Of a stretch of DNA of 64,000 bases, positions 12,798-24,845 are shown piece by piece. Position 1 is the stretch's first letter. The number at the start of each line of letters is the position of its first letter. The notes under the pieces were generated by a model that saw nothing but the letters and a program-made list of their open reading frames with translations, was not told the DNA's origin and did no database searches. The translations under genes were made by a program, and so were the position numbers. Origin of the DNA: Lepidodermella squamata (lineage: Eukaryota; Animalia; Gastrotricha); assembly GCA_047495785.1 (NCBI GenBank), contig JBLDXI010000064.1, positions 682,001 through 746,000 on the forward strand. Direction: 5' to 3'.

Positions 12798-14100
12798 TGT
12801 ATGTATGTATGTATGTATGTATGTATGTATGTATAATAGCGTTGGATTCGCACTAAGGCGGTCTTCCATCCAACGGACGCAGATGGGCGCGTCGAGGTAA
12901 GGTGGCGAGTTACCTCTTTTTTGTGTAGACGAAATCGTCCACGTATTCTGCTTTCAGCAGTACTTTCAAGAGTTCATCTCTGAGGATCTTCGGGTTTTCG
13001 GAAGATCTTATCGATGGCGGTAAGTCATTCCACTTGCTAGCAGCACGAAATCGAAAGCTGAGGTGGTGAGCTTGTCGAGGAATTTCGACGCCATCAGAGC
13101 TGCTAAGCCTGGTTTTGTGATCGGACGATGGTTTGTTGATCAAGTTTTTGATGAGAGCAGGTGCTTGAGAGTGCAAACATTTCCAAACTAGAGTCATTTC
13201 GTGGATTAGGCGTTTCCCGTCGATTGGTAGCCAACCTAACTGTTTGAGGAGAGCGGTGGCGTCGAACGAGTACGGTTTGTTAAGCAGAGCCCTAATTGCC
13301 TTATTCTGTGCGGATTGGTAGGTTTTCTGCGAGCTAGTGAAGGTAGCTAGATTAGCAACGAAGTCAGCGTAATTAAGATGGCAAGCGACGAGACTATTGT
13401 AGATATTTATTCTGGCTTGAAGAGGTAGGCGATTCTGGCTAGCGATGCGGAGGGCGTAGGTGCCAGATCGAACTTTGTTTTTCACTTTTTCCGCTTGTTC
13501 ATCCATGGTGAGCCTATGGTCCAAGATGAATCCTAATAGTTCGATTGAAGAGACGGCGGTTAGTGTTGTATTGGCGATTTGCAGGCTAATGGAGGGAATT
13601 TCTACTGGGTGACCAGGGGATAAGACCATAAACTGGGATTTGTCTGGGTTTAATTTGAGCGAGTTGTTGCTGAACCAAGAGCAGAACTTGACTAGCCTAT
13701 CTTGTAGTAGGTTTCGTGCCTCCGCAGCTGTGGATCCGAATGCATAAATTGTTGTGTCATCGGCAAATTGGACAGTTCTTAGATTATCGCTATCACAGAT
13801 CGAGGAGAGGTCATTAACATAAAGAGAGAAAAGCAATGGTCCGAGGACACTGCCTTGAGGTACGCCTACGTTTACCGGCAGTCTTTCAGATAGACAGTTA
13901 CCAATTTTTACGATTTGTTGGCGGCGCGTGATGTAAAAATTGATCAGCTCAATCGCCTTTGCGTCAAACCCCGCTGCTTTCAACGATGCGGCGATGCCAT
14001 CAGGGTGTAAGGTGTCGAAAGCCTTGCTGAGGTCGAGAGAGACTGCTGCGACATATTTGCCGTCTTTCAACGCGTCGAGCCAGTCTTCGGCAATTGCTAG
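12798..14100 (-). mobile_element. 5'-truncated CR1/L2-group LINE (RT ORF 12910-14070) with (TACA)n 3' tail
   Basis: DLSKAFD, GVPQGSVLGPLLF, FADD and LKLNPDKS motifs; (TGTA)9 at 12798-12833 marks the 3' end. Confidence 0.9.
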
Positions 14101-14115
14101 TATTGCTAGTAGTAG

Positions 14116-14769
14116 TATTATTGACTGTAGCGTGAGATACAGTCCAAATAACTGTACTAGTTGTTCAGCCCGACGAGCCGTACCCTCAGTACAGTCAAAT
14201 GACCATATAATATAGAGCTACAGCAAAAACGACGTCAATGTTACTTCTTCGATCTCGGAGCGAAACCAAGCATCAAAGGTGACTATCTACCTTGGTCAGA
14301 AGATGTATGGTTTCGCTACGAGAATGAGCTGAAGACAGTCTGTGCGCGAGATGCGAGACGGCTATGAAGCCAAATGGCCTTGGAAGATATATTCCCTTTC
14401 ACCCGCCGCGTTCAAGAAGGTTCCCTCTGGAGCTCCACCCAGCTTGAGAAATTCGCCCATTCCTCTATCCTACACTTTTGGATGCTTTGATGGCCGATCT
14501 TCTGGAAATGCTGTAAAGTGAAATAATTCCTAAAATTACTACCCAAAATTACCTAAAATTACCTAAAACAAGTAGTATTAAGCCCCCCGTATCAACCGTT
14601 TGGAGTGGCAAGCAGTCTGATCATCGCGCAATTTTTGACACTTCAGGTCTGAAGAAGAACAATTCCGTTAGCTATGATTCGGATTTTGATGATTAAAAAG
14701 AAAGTTAGGAATGAAAAAGACTTTTATAATTGAATTTTAATAATAATTCCGGTTCCGGTTTTGAAGAGG
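14116..14769 (+). repeat. 654-bp inverted duplicate of 17858-18511
   Basis: Reverse-complement identity read by eye over the full length; no mismatch noticed. Confidence 0.9.
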
Positions 14770-15504
14770 GCGAAGGCGAAAGAAAGAGGCGTGAAGTATT
14801 TTCAGTGACTGGTAAAAGCGCGGTAACTATTCGCGCACTTTTCAAATAACTAAAAAATGAATATTGTTTTTGGCAATATAATATAACGAAAATTTAAAAT
14901 TTTTGTTCATTTTATTTCATTTGAAAACCAAGAACGTCTTTTGGCGGGTTTTCAATTTTTATTAGGAGTTTCGACAAAAAAGCCACCTAGGCACTAATGC
15001 CTGGGCCCTGGAGAAACAGTTAGCAATAACTGGAGTACCAGGGGTAGGAATTTCAATTAAGTAGTTAGTAAACCAGTTCAAACTTTCCTAGAGCGTAAGC
15101 TCGCGATTTTCTCACAAGCTCCGCCTTATGGCGAAAGCCGTCCGTCAGGGCGAGGAGAAATCGTAATTCCTGATCCTGATCCTGATGAAACAAAATGAAG
15201 TCTCTCTCATTGCATTCACGCATGGGAAATTTCATTTTAATTTTCGCCGAAGATTTGCCTCGAAATCGTGTTAAAGCTTTTATTTTTGATTTAATTTGCA
15301 AGATCTGTTGTGAGACTTCGGCTTGTTCTTCACTTGTAGCACTTCAGTAACTTGTGGTAGGCGCACGTTATCACTAAATTTTCCATTTCCATCGCTGAAC
15401 TTACACGGAGAGGTTTGTCTTTAACCTCTAGATCCTGTAAAATGACCAAAAATGACTAACCCATCAATGCATCCAAGTTCATCCGTATGTTTAGTACTGA
15501 TAAC

Positions 15505-15810
15505 AAGTTGATGCATCTGTTTTCTACTCGTAACAAGTTGACCTATTTGTTTTCTACTCGTAACAAATACTTATACTTTCAACCATTAGTGTCCACTCGC
15601 GCGCAATGTTGAATCCTTTGAAAAATGATCATCACGAAGGCCCGGGAGGCTCTCTTACTGTCGAGACCAAGTCATCTTAAACGGGGCTTCTTGGAGCATC
15701 CTGTCAAGTGTTAAACTGCGACTCCAATATTTGTTTTCTACTCGTAACAAATAGGCACATCTGTTTTCTACTCGTAACAAATTGGCCCGATTGTTTTCTA
15801 CTTGTGGCAA
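15505..15810. repeat. Two small clusters of a 19-bp unit TGTTTTCTACTCGTAACAA with about 11-12-bp variable linkers
   Basis: About 5-6 copies at roughly 30-bp period, at 15505-15570 and 15730-15810. Confidence 0.6.
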
Positions 15811-17581
15811 GTGGAGTTTTCAGCAAATTTCGCACAAACTTGACATCAATCAAACAACTTCCATCAAAGCCCCGCTAATGGTTTAGGGCTAACTTCGTGA
15901 TTTGGGTAACAGACAGTCAGTTGCCAGTTTTTAGTGTTCAAATGAGCATCATTGCTTTGACCGTTCTCATAATTTACGTAGGATTTCAGCTGCTAACGTT
16001 TGCTGAGTTTCTCTGTTGCCTGTTTTGCTTGAGCCCCTCCTGAATTTAGTTTTACAGGTTCACACAGGTTTTAGTTTTACATAGCGTCATCACCGTTACT
16101 CCGGAATCACCCTTATCTTCCTCGTTCTACTATTCTATTTGATTTTGTATCATATTGAATGGATCAAATAATTATAGATTTCATCCACTGTAGATTTTAC
16201 GTTTCGCTTATTTAGTTTTGACATCTGCTAATATCTCGAGCACGAAAGCGTAAAGCCGCAGTTTCTGCAGATTGGGTCATTCAGGGAAAAGAAGCAAGGC
16301 ATGACAGACTTGCTTTTGAACGACTCGAGTTGGTGTACCGAAGAAACGATACATGTATGCTTTTGTTGGCAAATTACTCTTCATTATTATAATAGGATTT
16401 TAGGAGAGATTGAGTTTGGAGAAGAGCGAGCTTTGCTAGAGCTAAAGCTGGACAGCGGCTGGTCCAATGAAATGCTTTGAAAAATTTGCATACGATGGAA
16501 TTTCGCGCTTCGACCAGAGAAACTGGAGAACCAAAGGCCCGGCGGCTGTGAATTTCCCAATTCGTCACCAAATCACGCGGTACGCCAATTTCAAATATTT
16601 TGTTGACATGGAAAAATCATCAACAATTACCTGTTAGTTTTAGTTAGTTACATGCGTAGTTAGTTTGGGTCGCCGTCATTATAGCGGCGACAAAATAAAT
16701 GCGAAGCTGTTAATGAGGTTCTGTTAATGAGTCGCTGGCTTAAGCATTTCAATCGGCAATAGAGCGCTTTGTACGTAATTCAGATAAAATTAGCTATTCC
16801 TTGTAAATCTTATCCAATTGTGGACTAGAGCATTCATTCCTGTAATATAAATCAACCGTGGAGCTACGATCTTGCCATAAGATCGCACGCGCATGAGTTC
16901 GCGGTAAAGACGCGAGCTATTATTCGCCCGCCAATGTGTGGAAGATCGCTATTCCAGTGGTGCGCTAACTCGGGTTTTTTGGCCGCCGGCCTTGAGGTTT
17001 GTGCTAACAAATATTTGGTTTATTTGGATGGGTCATCCATCTTTAAAATTTGTTTCGGGAATCGAGAAGTGATAGTGATAGTGAAAGTGTGGGGTATTTT
17101 GGCAATTTGGCGATTTCACAATTGCCTTTCGTGTGACTCACAAGAAAAAATATGGTCCGAATTTGGGGAATGCATAATTGTTTTTTACGAGCAATTCTAT
17201 CATCCGAATTCATACCCCTGGGACCTGCTAATTCGGGGGGTTAACTCTGTATGGTGCGAATTCGGGCGCTCAAAATTAATTTTTTTCATAGGTGGGAATT
17301 GGGACCTTGCAATTAATTAATGCAATTTTTGAAAAATTTACATGTCAATAATCAACGATGAAGCACTTTTAAAAAATGTATATCTTGAAATCCAAGTACC
17401 TGGTTGTACCAGGCAGCAAGGTAGCAAGGTTCCGAAACCCTGTTAGAGTAACTAGGATCAGAGATTCTCCACCCAGGACTACCCGGCAGCCAGTTAACTT
17501 TGACCGAGTTACTTACACAAAGGCCTTTGAATCTATGCCAATTTTCCAACGAGTCGTTTATGAATAAGACTCGGACTCGCT

Positions 17582-18734
17582 CGTTCACGTCGCGGAAGAA
17601 CCCGCACTTAGGTGATTTTTTTTATTTTACTGTATTGCAAAGTACAGTTCTCGCAGCTGTAAATAGTTGTACAGCTGGTTGAAACTGTACAGTCGTGTAC
17701 AGTGCGTCGTATGTACTGCATATTGCTCTAGGGGACAGCTCACATATTACAATTATGTTACATAATTCCCCTAGGGGAAAACTTCACATATTGACAGTTT
17801 AAGGCGGATTTTTTTAAATGCGAGCGAAGCGAGCCATGATCCAAAATCCTTGCCCCGCCTCTTCAAAACCGGAACCGGAATTATTATTAAAATTCAATTA
17901 TAAAAGTCTTTTTCATTCCTAACTTTCTTTTTAATCATCAAAATCCGAATCATAGCTAACGGAATTGTTCTTCTTCAGACCTGAAGTGTCAAAAATTGCG
18001 CGATGATCAGACTGCTTGCCACTCCAAACGGTTGATACGGGGGGCTTAATACTACTTGTTTTAGGTAATTTTAGGTAATTTTGGGTAGTAATTTTAGGAA
18101 TTATTTCACTTTACAGCATTTCCAGAAGATCGGCCATCAAAGCATCCAAAAGTGTAGGATAGAGGAATGGGCGAATTTCTCAAGCTGGGTGGAGCTCCAG
18201 AGGGAACCTTCTTGAACGCGGCGGGTGAAAGGGAATATATCTTCCAAGGCCATTTGGCTTCATAGCCGTCTCGCATCTCGCGCACAGACTGTCTTCAGCT
18301 CATTCTCGTAGCGAAACCATACATCTTCTGACCAAGGTAGATAGTCACCTTTGATGCTTGGTTTCGCTCCGAGATCGAAGAAGTAACATTGACGTCGTTT
18401 TTGCTGTAGCTCTATATTATATGGTCATTTGACTGTACTGAGGGTACGGCTCGTCGGGCTGAACAACTAGTACAGTTATTTGGACTGTATCTCACGCTAC
18501 AGTCAATAATAGCTGTAATTACTAGTACAGCTAAACGAACTGTACTTGCAGTACAGCCTAATTGAGCTGTAATCGCAGTACAGTAAGATGAACTGTACTC
18601 GCTGTACAGCTCGAGTGGACTGTACCGTTCGTACAGCATTGGAGACTGTAACTAGGATTACAGCCTAAAAATACTGTACTTGGGAGTACAGGAGTTTTTT
18701 TGCCTAAAGTGCGGGTTCTTCCGCGACGTGAACG
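17582..18734. mobile_element. Non-autonomous TIR element with 28-bp TIRs and subterminal CTGTA-N7/8-TACAG palindrome arrays
   Basis: CGTTCACGTCGCGGAAGAACCCGCACTT (17582-17609) is inverted at 18707-18734; TSD unresolved. It sits inside an older, degenerate inverted-repeat element (about 17085-19010). Confidence 0.75.
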
Positions 18735-20779
18735 CACTGCTTAGCATATGCACACATGAAATATGACTAAAATTCTAGAGTTTTTAATTCAATTATTCAT
18801 CCCCTAATAGCATACAGCTGAATTCGGGAGATGCTCAATTAGTATGGTATGAATTCATAACTCTGAAAAACAGCACTTTGCAACCCCCTGATTTCAGGGC
18901 CTACCCCTAAATTCGGATGGAGCATCCCCTGATTTCGGACCATATTTTTTTCTAGTGCTAGAGATGGCGATGGCCAATCGCGTTAGTATTAGTGGTTTTA
19001 CACCCTCGAATGCGTTATGCTAACCGAGAAAAGACATCGGATTTGTTCCAGTAATAGCCCAGGGCTGAGGGGTTAACTCAGTTCAAAAACGTCAAAAATT
19101 AACCATTCGCAAAAACTTGATTCTTTGAATTCTTCAAAATTTCAAGGTTGAAATTTTAGAAGCCCGGGCTGCTCTCTACTGTAAAATAAAACAAATGCGG
19201 TACGCACTTTGTGTTTGCCGCTTGCCGCTTTCAACATGTAAAACTTGGATAGAGCTCGGAATAATTTCATAGACCTTGGATCGGGAATTAACCTATATAG
19301 AAAGGGTTTGCATGTTTTAATGCTGCGTATATCAATGATTGGATTAAAGAAGACTGGGTAGTATTTTTAGCGTTGAAATGGGCGTTTTATGGCGCCCAGA
19401 AAAAAATAGGAGGATCAGTTTAGGAGACCGATCCGGGTCGGAGAAAAACCATCTGATAATCAGTGACGACAAAATAATATCAAAATCGAGAAATAATATC
19501 AAAATTACTCCCATCTATGAAATCACCAGTCACTCGTTTTGTCCTGCGCAAATGATTAGAATCCTCTAAATTTTTTATTCCTATCCATCCCGAATTTTTA
19601 TTGCAAACATAGTCGAGCCACATTTATTAAGAAAATTGAAACTCAGCAATCAACAGCCGAGTCAAATCCAAGTTCGCGGCAAACTGCTTGCGTAGCATGC
19701 TGAATGTGACAGCTATCGCTATCCCATACGTGAAGCCTATCCATTGCATGGCCCGGGCGATTGATGCGGGCGGGATTTAGACTTGGGCTAATATATTATC
19801 GGTTGGGCTGTTGTTGTAACAAATATGGTGAATCTAAAACCTTGTTGTCTTTTCTTTTAGACTGAACGAAAACCCATCGTGGCCCAAGATGGTTTCGCTT
19901 TTGTATATGTCTTAATGTCGAATGTCAGAGTCCGATGTTCTACGAACTGGGCACTGGATCAGGGATTTTACGGCTTGCCTCCAATCAACGCGAACAAAGA
20001 TCGTTGTCCAAAGTTGAACTATGTTTCTGTTTCAAAATTGTGCCTAGCCTGCTGCTTTTGCTGTCGACTATTCTTATTGACTATATTAAATCTATTATTG
20101 GCAAATCGGCAAATAATAATAATAATAATAATAATAATTTTGAAGTAAAACTTTGTTGAGCGAACGTCGTGTTTAGTCGTGTTGATAATGGTTTTTTAAT
20201 CTTTTTCAGCAGCATCTCTTTATATTTGAACAGCATAGACTAATATAAGAGACTGGACACTCTTGCCTTTGTAATACTGCCGAAATTATTCGAATTTTCA
20301 ATATAGAAGTCCTCAAGCACATTTTTAAGGAAATTTTTGAATTTTAGCCCTCACTATATCCTGGTGTTGCAACGACAGTTTTCATCGGCCGTAGTGGAGC
20401 CGTAGTCAAAAAGGCAGTAGCTCACAACCATATACATTTTGAAGCTGTGTCGTAAAAATTTTCCCAAAATTCACGGCTTTAAAAACTTTGAGAACTTGCA
20501 ATTTGACCCACCTCAGATTCCAGAATGTTACTAATGGGATCGATGCAGAATTTTATGAGAGCTTTCTATTGATACCAGAATTATTTGTCTATGTTGAACA
20601 GTAACAGTGCAGCAATATCAATGAAACTTTACTAGGGCGAATGTGACGGCGTCTCTTTATGGCAACCAGCAATAATTATTAGATTTCGCGCTTTTCAGAG
20701 TGACCGGCAGCCCTTTAGAGCAGAGCGAAGCGGATTTATATGCAAAACGATCCGATCTTTGATCCCTAATTATCTACAT

Positions 20780-21512
20780 CAGTGTGTTTTTTAAGGAATC
20801 CAGTGGTGTTGACTTTATGTTTTTTGGTGTTGACATAAAGACATGGATAAAAAATCGTTCGCTCGCTCGCTGCGCTCGCTCGCGATATCCTCATTTGTCA
20901 ATAATTCGATTCTGTTGATAGTGAGCAATGATTAGACATATGTAACCTTGCGAGCGCAGCGAGCTTAGGCTAACGGTTTTTCACGTAATTTTGGCTGAAA
21001 GTAGTCTAAAATAGGATGTTTTTCGCGTCATGATGACGAATCTCTCCGCGAGGCACTCTAGCGACTTGCACGATGTTACCCGTGAGTAAACGTAAGAAAA
21101 TATAAAAGCCATTAATAAATTTCACACATAATAAATCTCAGAAATGTTCTTGTTATTTTTCAATTCGGTGGACATTTTTCAGGAATAAGAGCTTAAATCA
21201 AAAGGGTTATTCTAAGGCGGTTCAATTCTCTCCCTAATTCGGCCGCAGGGTGCGATCTTGGATCCCGGAGCTGTCAAGAATGGAAATTGTATTTCCTGTA
21301 TTTGCTAAACTCCACTAATAAGCGAGCGAAGCGAGAAAATTTTGAAGATTTCCAACTGAAACACGCTCCTAAACCTCTAAAAATTAACAAACCAGTGGGA
21401 TAAATTCTCATTTTGCTGTCTGGCCCGGGTGAAGCGCCTTTTTTTGGTGTTGACATTGACCCGCTTTGGTGTTGACATTGTCAACCATGTCCACCCCTTA
21501 AAAAAAACTCTG
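20780..21512. mobile_element. MITE with CAG-terminal TIRs and a 7-bp TSD (P/hAT-like)
   Basis: CAGTGTGTTTTTTAAGG and CCTTAAAAAAAACTCTG; TSD TCTACAT at 20773-20779 and 21513-21519; subterminal TGGTGTTGACA repeats. Confidence 0.7.
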
Positions 21513-23356
21513 TCTACATCAAAGCTACCTATTTATTGTTGATCGAGAAAACATTTAGCCTAGTGGCTTCTATTTCTCTTGCAATAAATAATAGGTTAAA
21601 AATATGCGCCCGCACAAGAGGCCGCATTTGCATAATATATGCACACACTAATAATAATAATAGTATAACGCCGACTGAAAATCGTTTAAATAGCTGTAGC
21701 TTAACCCCAGATGGTCCAAGTGCATCAATTTTTACATATTCTTCATCCTCGCATCAAGACGGTCATTTTGATACCGGTTTCGAGGCTAAATTCGACAAAT
21801 TAAGAAAATTTGTTTTCCCATGTGGGTATAGCATGGTTAAGCAACATTACTGCACGGCGCCGACGATGGCCATCTGTAGCGCGCTGTCCTGTGTCATCAT
21901 GTCCTTCGCCCCGTTTCCAGTGATGAGTGTTCAACAGCTGGCGCTAATCGACAGCAGCAACAGCAGCAGCAGCAGCAGCAATACGAATCCTGTACGCATA
22001 TGCGGGTTTTTCGTCAGCCGCCTCGCCGGCCCAGTCGACAGCCTGATCGTCGGAGTAGGACTTTTCATGTTCTATTCCCAGGCAGCTTGCTCAGGCTTGG
22101 CGTACAACTATTGGAAAGTTTTCAGAACTATCCGAACCGCTCGTTTGAGATTGCGAGGCGTCACTTCAATGGAAGACAAGTGGTATCGTAAAGAGTTGTT
22201 CATCGCCAAGCAGTCGCTAGCGGCTTTCCTCGTCTACTTCGCGTGCCATATGCCGCTGACAACGCACTTTCTCATGTCTCTTTTCTACCGCGAAGTTGGC
22301 CCCAGGCACGCAAGCGGCGACCTGCTCAAGTACAGCCTAATCTGCTTATTACTTGAGATGGTCCTTTCGGTCTTCATTAGGACACTGAAACCAGGGTTCT
22401 ACGATCGCATGAATTCAGCAATCATTACTCGATTAGGTGCAACGTGTCGCACATTCAGTCTGCTGAAAGCAGCTCGACTACGCATCAGCCCGTCTTAAAA
22501 TATCCACTTGAAAAATGAATGAAAAATGAACGCATGCTATGAGGATTTTGTAAACCTTATTGATGCGCTGGAACATGTTCACAGTTTTCTGTTGACTGAT
22601 TGATCGAGTCATTGAACAGAATACTACTTTTTTAAGCAAACGATTGGTTGTTACAAACAATTTTTTGGTAGTTTCTCGCGAGTGAAAATTATTGTGTTGC
22701 ATTGGTGAAAATTACATGACATTGTTACCAATAATGCGAGCGAAACGAGAAAAGTTTGAGGATTTTCAACTAGAAAAGGCTTCGAAATCACCTAAAAATG
22801 AGGTTACAGCAGTCGCATTCAGGCGATACTTCGATTTCGGTTGTTAAATTTGGTCCGATTGGTTGTTACATTTTAACATGTGTAACATGCTTAAAAAACA
22901 CTGTATTAAGTATTGCGCATATTCAGGTCGCCAAGGACTTCGAAGACGAGTGAAAAACGAGCAAGCGGAGCGAGGCGCAGCCGAGTGGTGCGCGAGTATT
23001 TCAAGAGTTTTCTCCCGGTTTTTAGTTGCCTCAGTTTTGTGAATTGTGAAACCTTATCTCTGCATCTTGAAGGCTGACGGAGCAATGACAGGTAATGACA
23101 GCACTAAGTTTTTGTGCGGATAAATAACGAATTTTCAATGTCTCAGCTATGAAAAATGTCTCCGGACGGATGACACCCACGGGTCCCCTCGTCATTTCAT
23201 ATTGTGTCGACATAACCGGTATGCGGTACAGACGATTGAATAATCTTCAGCACAATGCAGCAGTATAGAACGGAAACATAAAGCTTTTCAAAAAAGCAGA
23301 TCTGCTATCAGCTATCAACTATCAACAGTGTAAAGCTCACATTCCAAATCCAACAG

Positions 23357-24845
23357 ATGACGACGAATTTATCGAACGCAACGATTGCAGAATCTATGCT
23401 ACCACTCACAAGTTCGTGGATTCTGGCTGATTTGCCTGACCGCGGTTTCAACGGCTCGAGGCCGTACTTCATCGGCTGGCTGCACGAACTGAGCAGTGAG
23501 TCGATTGAAGAGCGGCTGCCGTATACCCTGACAGTCGTGATTCTAGCCATTCTCGGAAGTCTAGCCAGTCTAGCTAATGTCGTAATCTACTACCGCCGTA
23601 ATGTTAAACGAGATTTCTTGATGCTTAGCTGTTTCGTAGCTGTTAGGAACGTTCTATGGTCCCTCAACTGGTCCTACGCGGTGCTAGTGACGTTGAGAAC
23701 TGGCTTCTGGGAGGCACGCCCAGCAGCTTGCTTGGTTGTATTCTGGAACACGGCTTCTTTGGGAACTTTCGGCTGCTTCGCGAGCATGCTCATCAGCTAC
23801 GAGAGACGGCTGTGTGTCTGCTCGACGGCCCTGTACCGCTCAAGCTCATTGAAAGTAAGTCTCATTGCGCGAACATGGTTCCTAAAACTCTCAGGAGAAT
23901 CACCCATGAGGGATGTTTGTTGATGTATTCCGGTTCAAAATTATAAGTTGGGATTAAATGGATCAGATTAGGGAAATTGTTTAAATTTACGCGAAATTGT
24001 ACAGACTATGGCGAAACTAATGAGGCCAATGGGAGAGTGATGAGCAGTCTTTGCCTCCCTCTGTAGAGGCTCATCTGAGATTGTTGTTATTATTATATTT
24101 CTGAATTTTAAATTCAGCTCGTCCTTCTCGCCGCTGGGTTCCTGCTATTCTGCGGCGGATTGTCGATAGTTTTCATCTTCGTGCCGTACCAGTCGCTCTC
24201 TGTCCAACGACTAGTGATCAACGGCATAAACAACAATACAGCTGTCTCGTTGTGTGGCTCTTTCCCCTATAAATTCATCGGCGACGCTGATACTGTTGTC
24301 ATTTCTATGGTGTATTATCTATTCGCAGTTCAAGCATCTTCAATCGGATTGGCGTACAACTACTGGTGAGAAATTTCACTCAATTAGATGGATTCCTAAG
24401 TTTATTGTTTAATGTTATTAGGAGGCTGTTCGCTCATATTAGAGCTGCTCGCCTCGGATGGCGGGATCGTCCAATACCGAATTCCGAAAATTTGAAAATC
24501 CTGAAGAACTGGAGGCAACGTGAGGTTTTCTTCGCGAAGCAGTCAATCGCTGCTTTCTTGTCGTACAACGCATTCCACCTACCGCTAGCGGTACATTTCG
24601 CCCTCCAGCTTGGCTATGTCGATCTCGGGCCGAGATTCGCCTCTCGCAGTTTCATGAACAACGGCCACGTGTGTCTCCTAGCAGAGTTGATCGTGTCTTC
24701 GGTTATCAAATCGCTGAAGCCAGGCTTCACGCGCAACTTGCCGTGGTCACGCCGCAACAACCAGGTGACCGCCGCTAGTATTGTCAAAGTCCCTACTAGT
24801 CCGTATCCTAGTCACAAATCACCAGCGACATTAAAGAAACTATGA
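23357..24845 (+). CDS. 7TM receptor copy B2, 3 exons: join(23357..23854,24118..24365,24422..24845), 389 aa, apparently intact
   Basis: GT-AG introns of phase 0 and phase 2 (the latter inside the YNYW Trp codon); same family motifs (ISYERR, SLCG, AKQSIAAFL, KPGF). Confidence 0.8.

Larger units (their letters stand above)
7766..21864. mobile_element. 14.1-kb DNA transposon with about 230-280-bp imperfect TIRs and nested insertions (possibly Sola-like)
   Basis: Ends GTCGGCGCCGTGCAGTAATG... and ...CATTACTGCACGGCGCCGAC. TSD is GATGGC (7760-7765 and 21865-21870), or ATGG if the TIR is extended by 1 bp. Confidence 0.85.
6536..22498 (+). pseudogene. 7TM receptor copy A2; exon 1 at 6536..7015, exon 2 split into 7740..7765 and 21871..22498 by a 14.1-kb insertion
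   Basis: Removing 7766-21870 restores LFAMASGMAICSALS..., colinear with exon 2 of copies A1 and A3. Confidence 0.85.

Noticed and set aside
15505-15810. Mini-CRISPR (19-bp repeats with unique linkers)
   Set aside because: Linkers of 11-12 bp and few units; no leader or cas genes.
18430-18692. CRISPR-like array of palindromic repeats
   Set aside because: Linkers are only about 9-10 bp, the repeat cores vary, the context is eukaryotic, no cas genes are present and the array lies next to a TIR.
7766-21864. Maverick/Polinton (long TIRs, 6-bp TSD, 14 kb)
   Set aside because: No pPolB, integrase, packaging ATPase or capsid ORFs, and the termini are not AG...CT type.
21536-21864. N-terminal extension of the 320-aa ORF 21536-22498 as a novel fusion protein
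   Set aside because: It is read-through of the right TIR (mirrored by ORF 7732-8007) into the displaced receptor exon.
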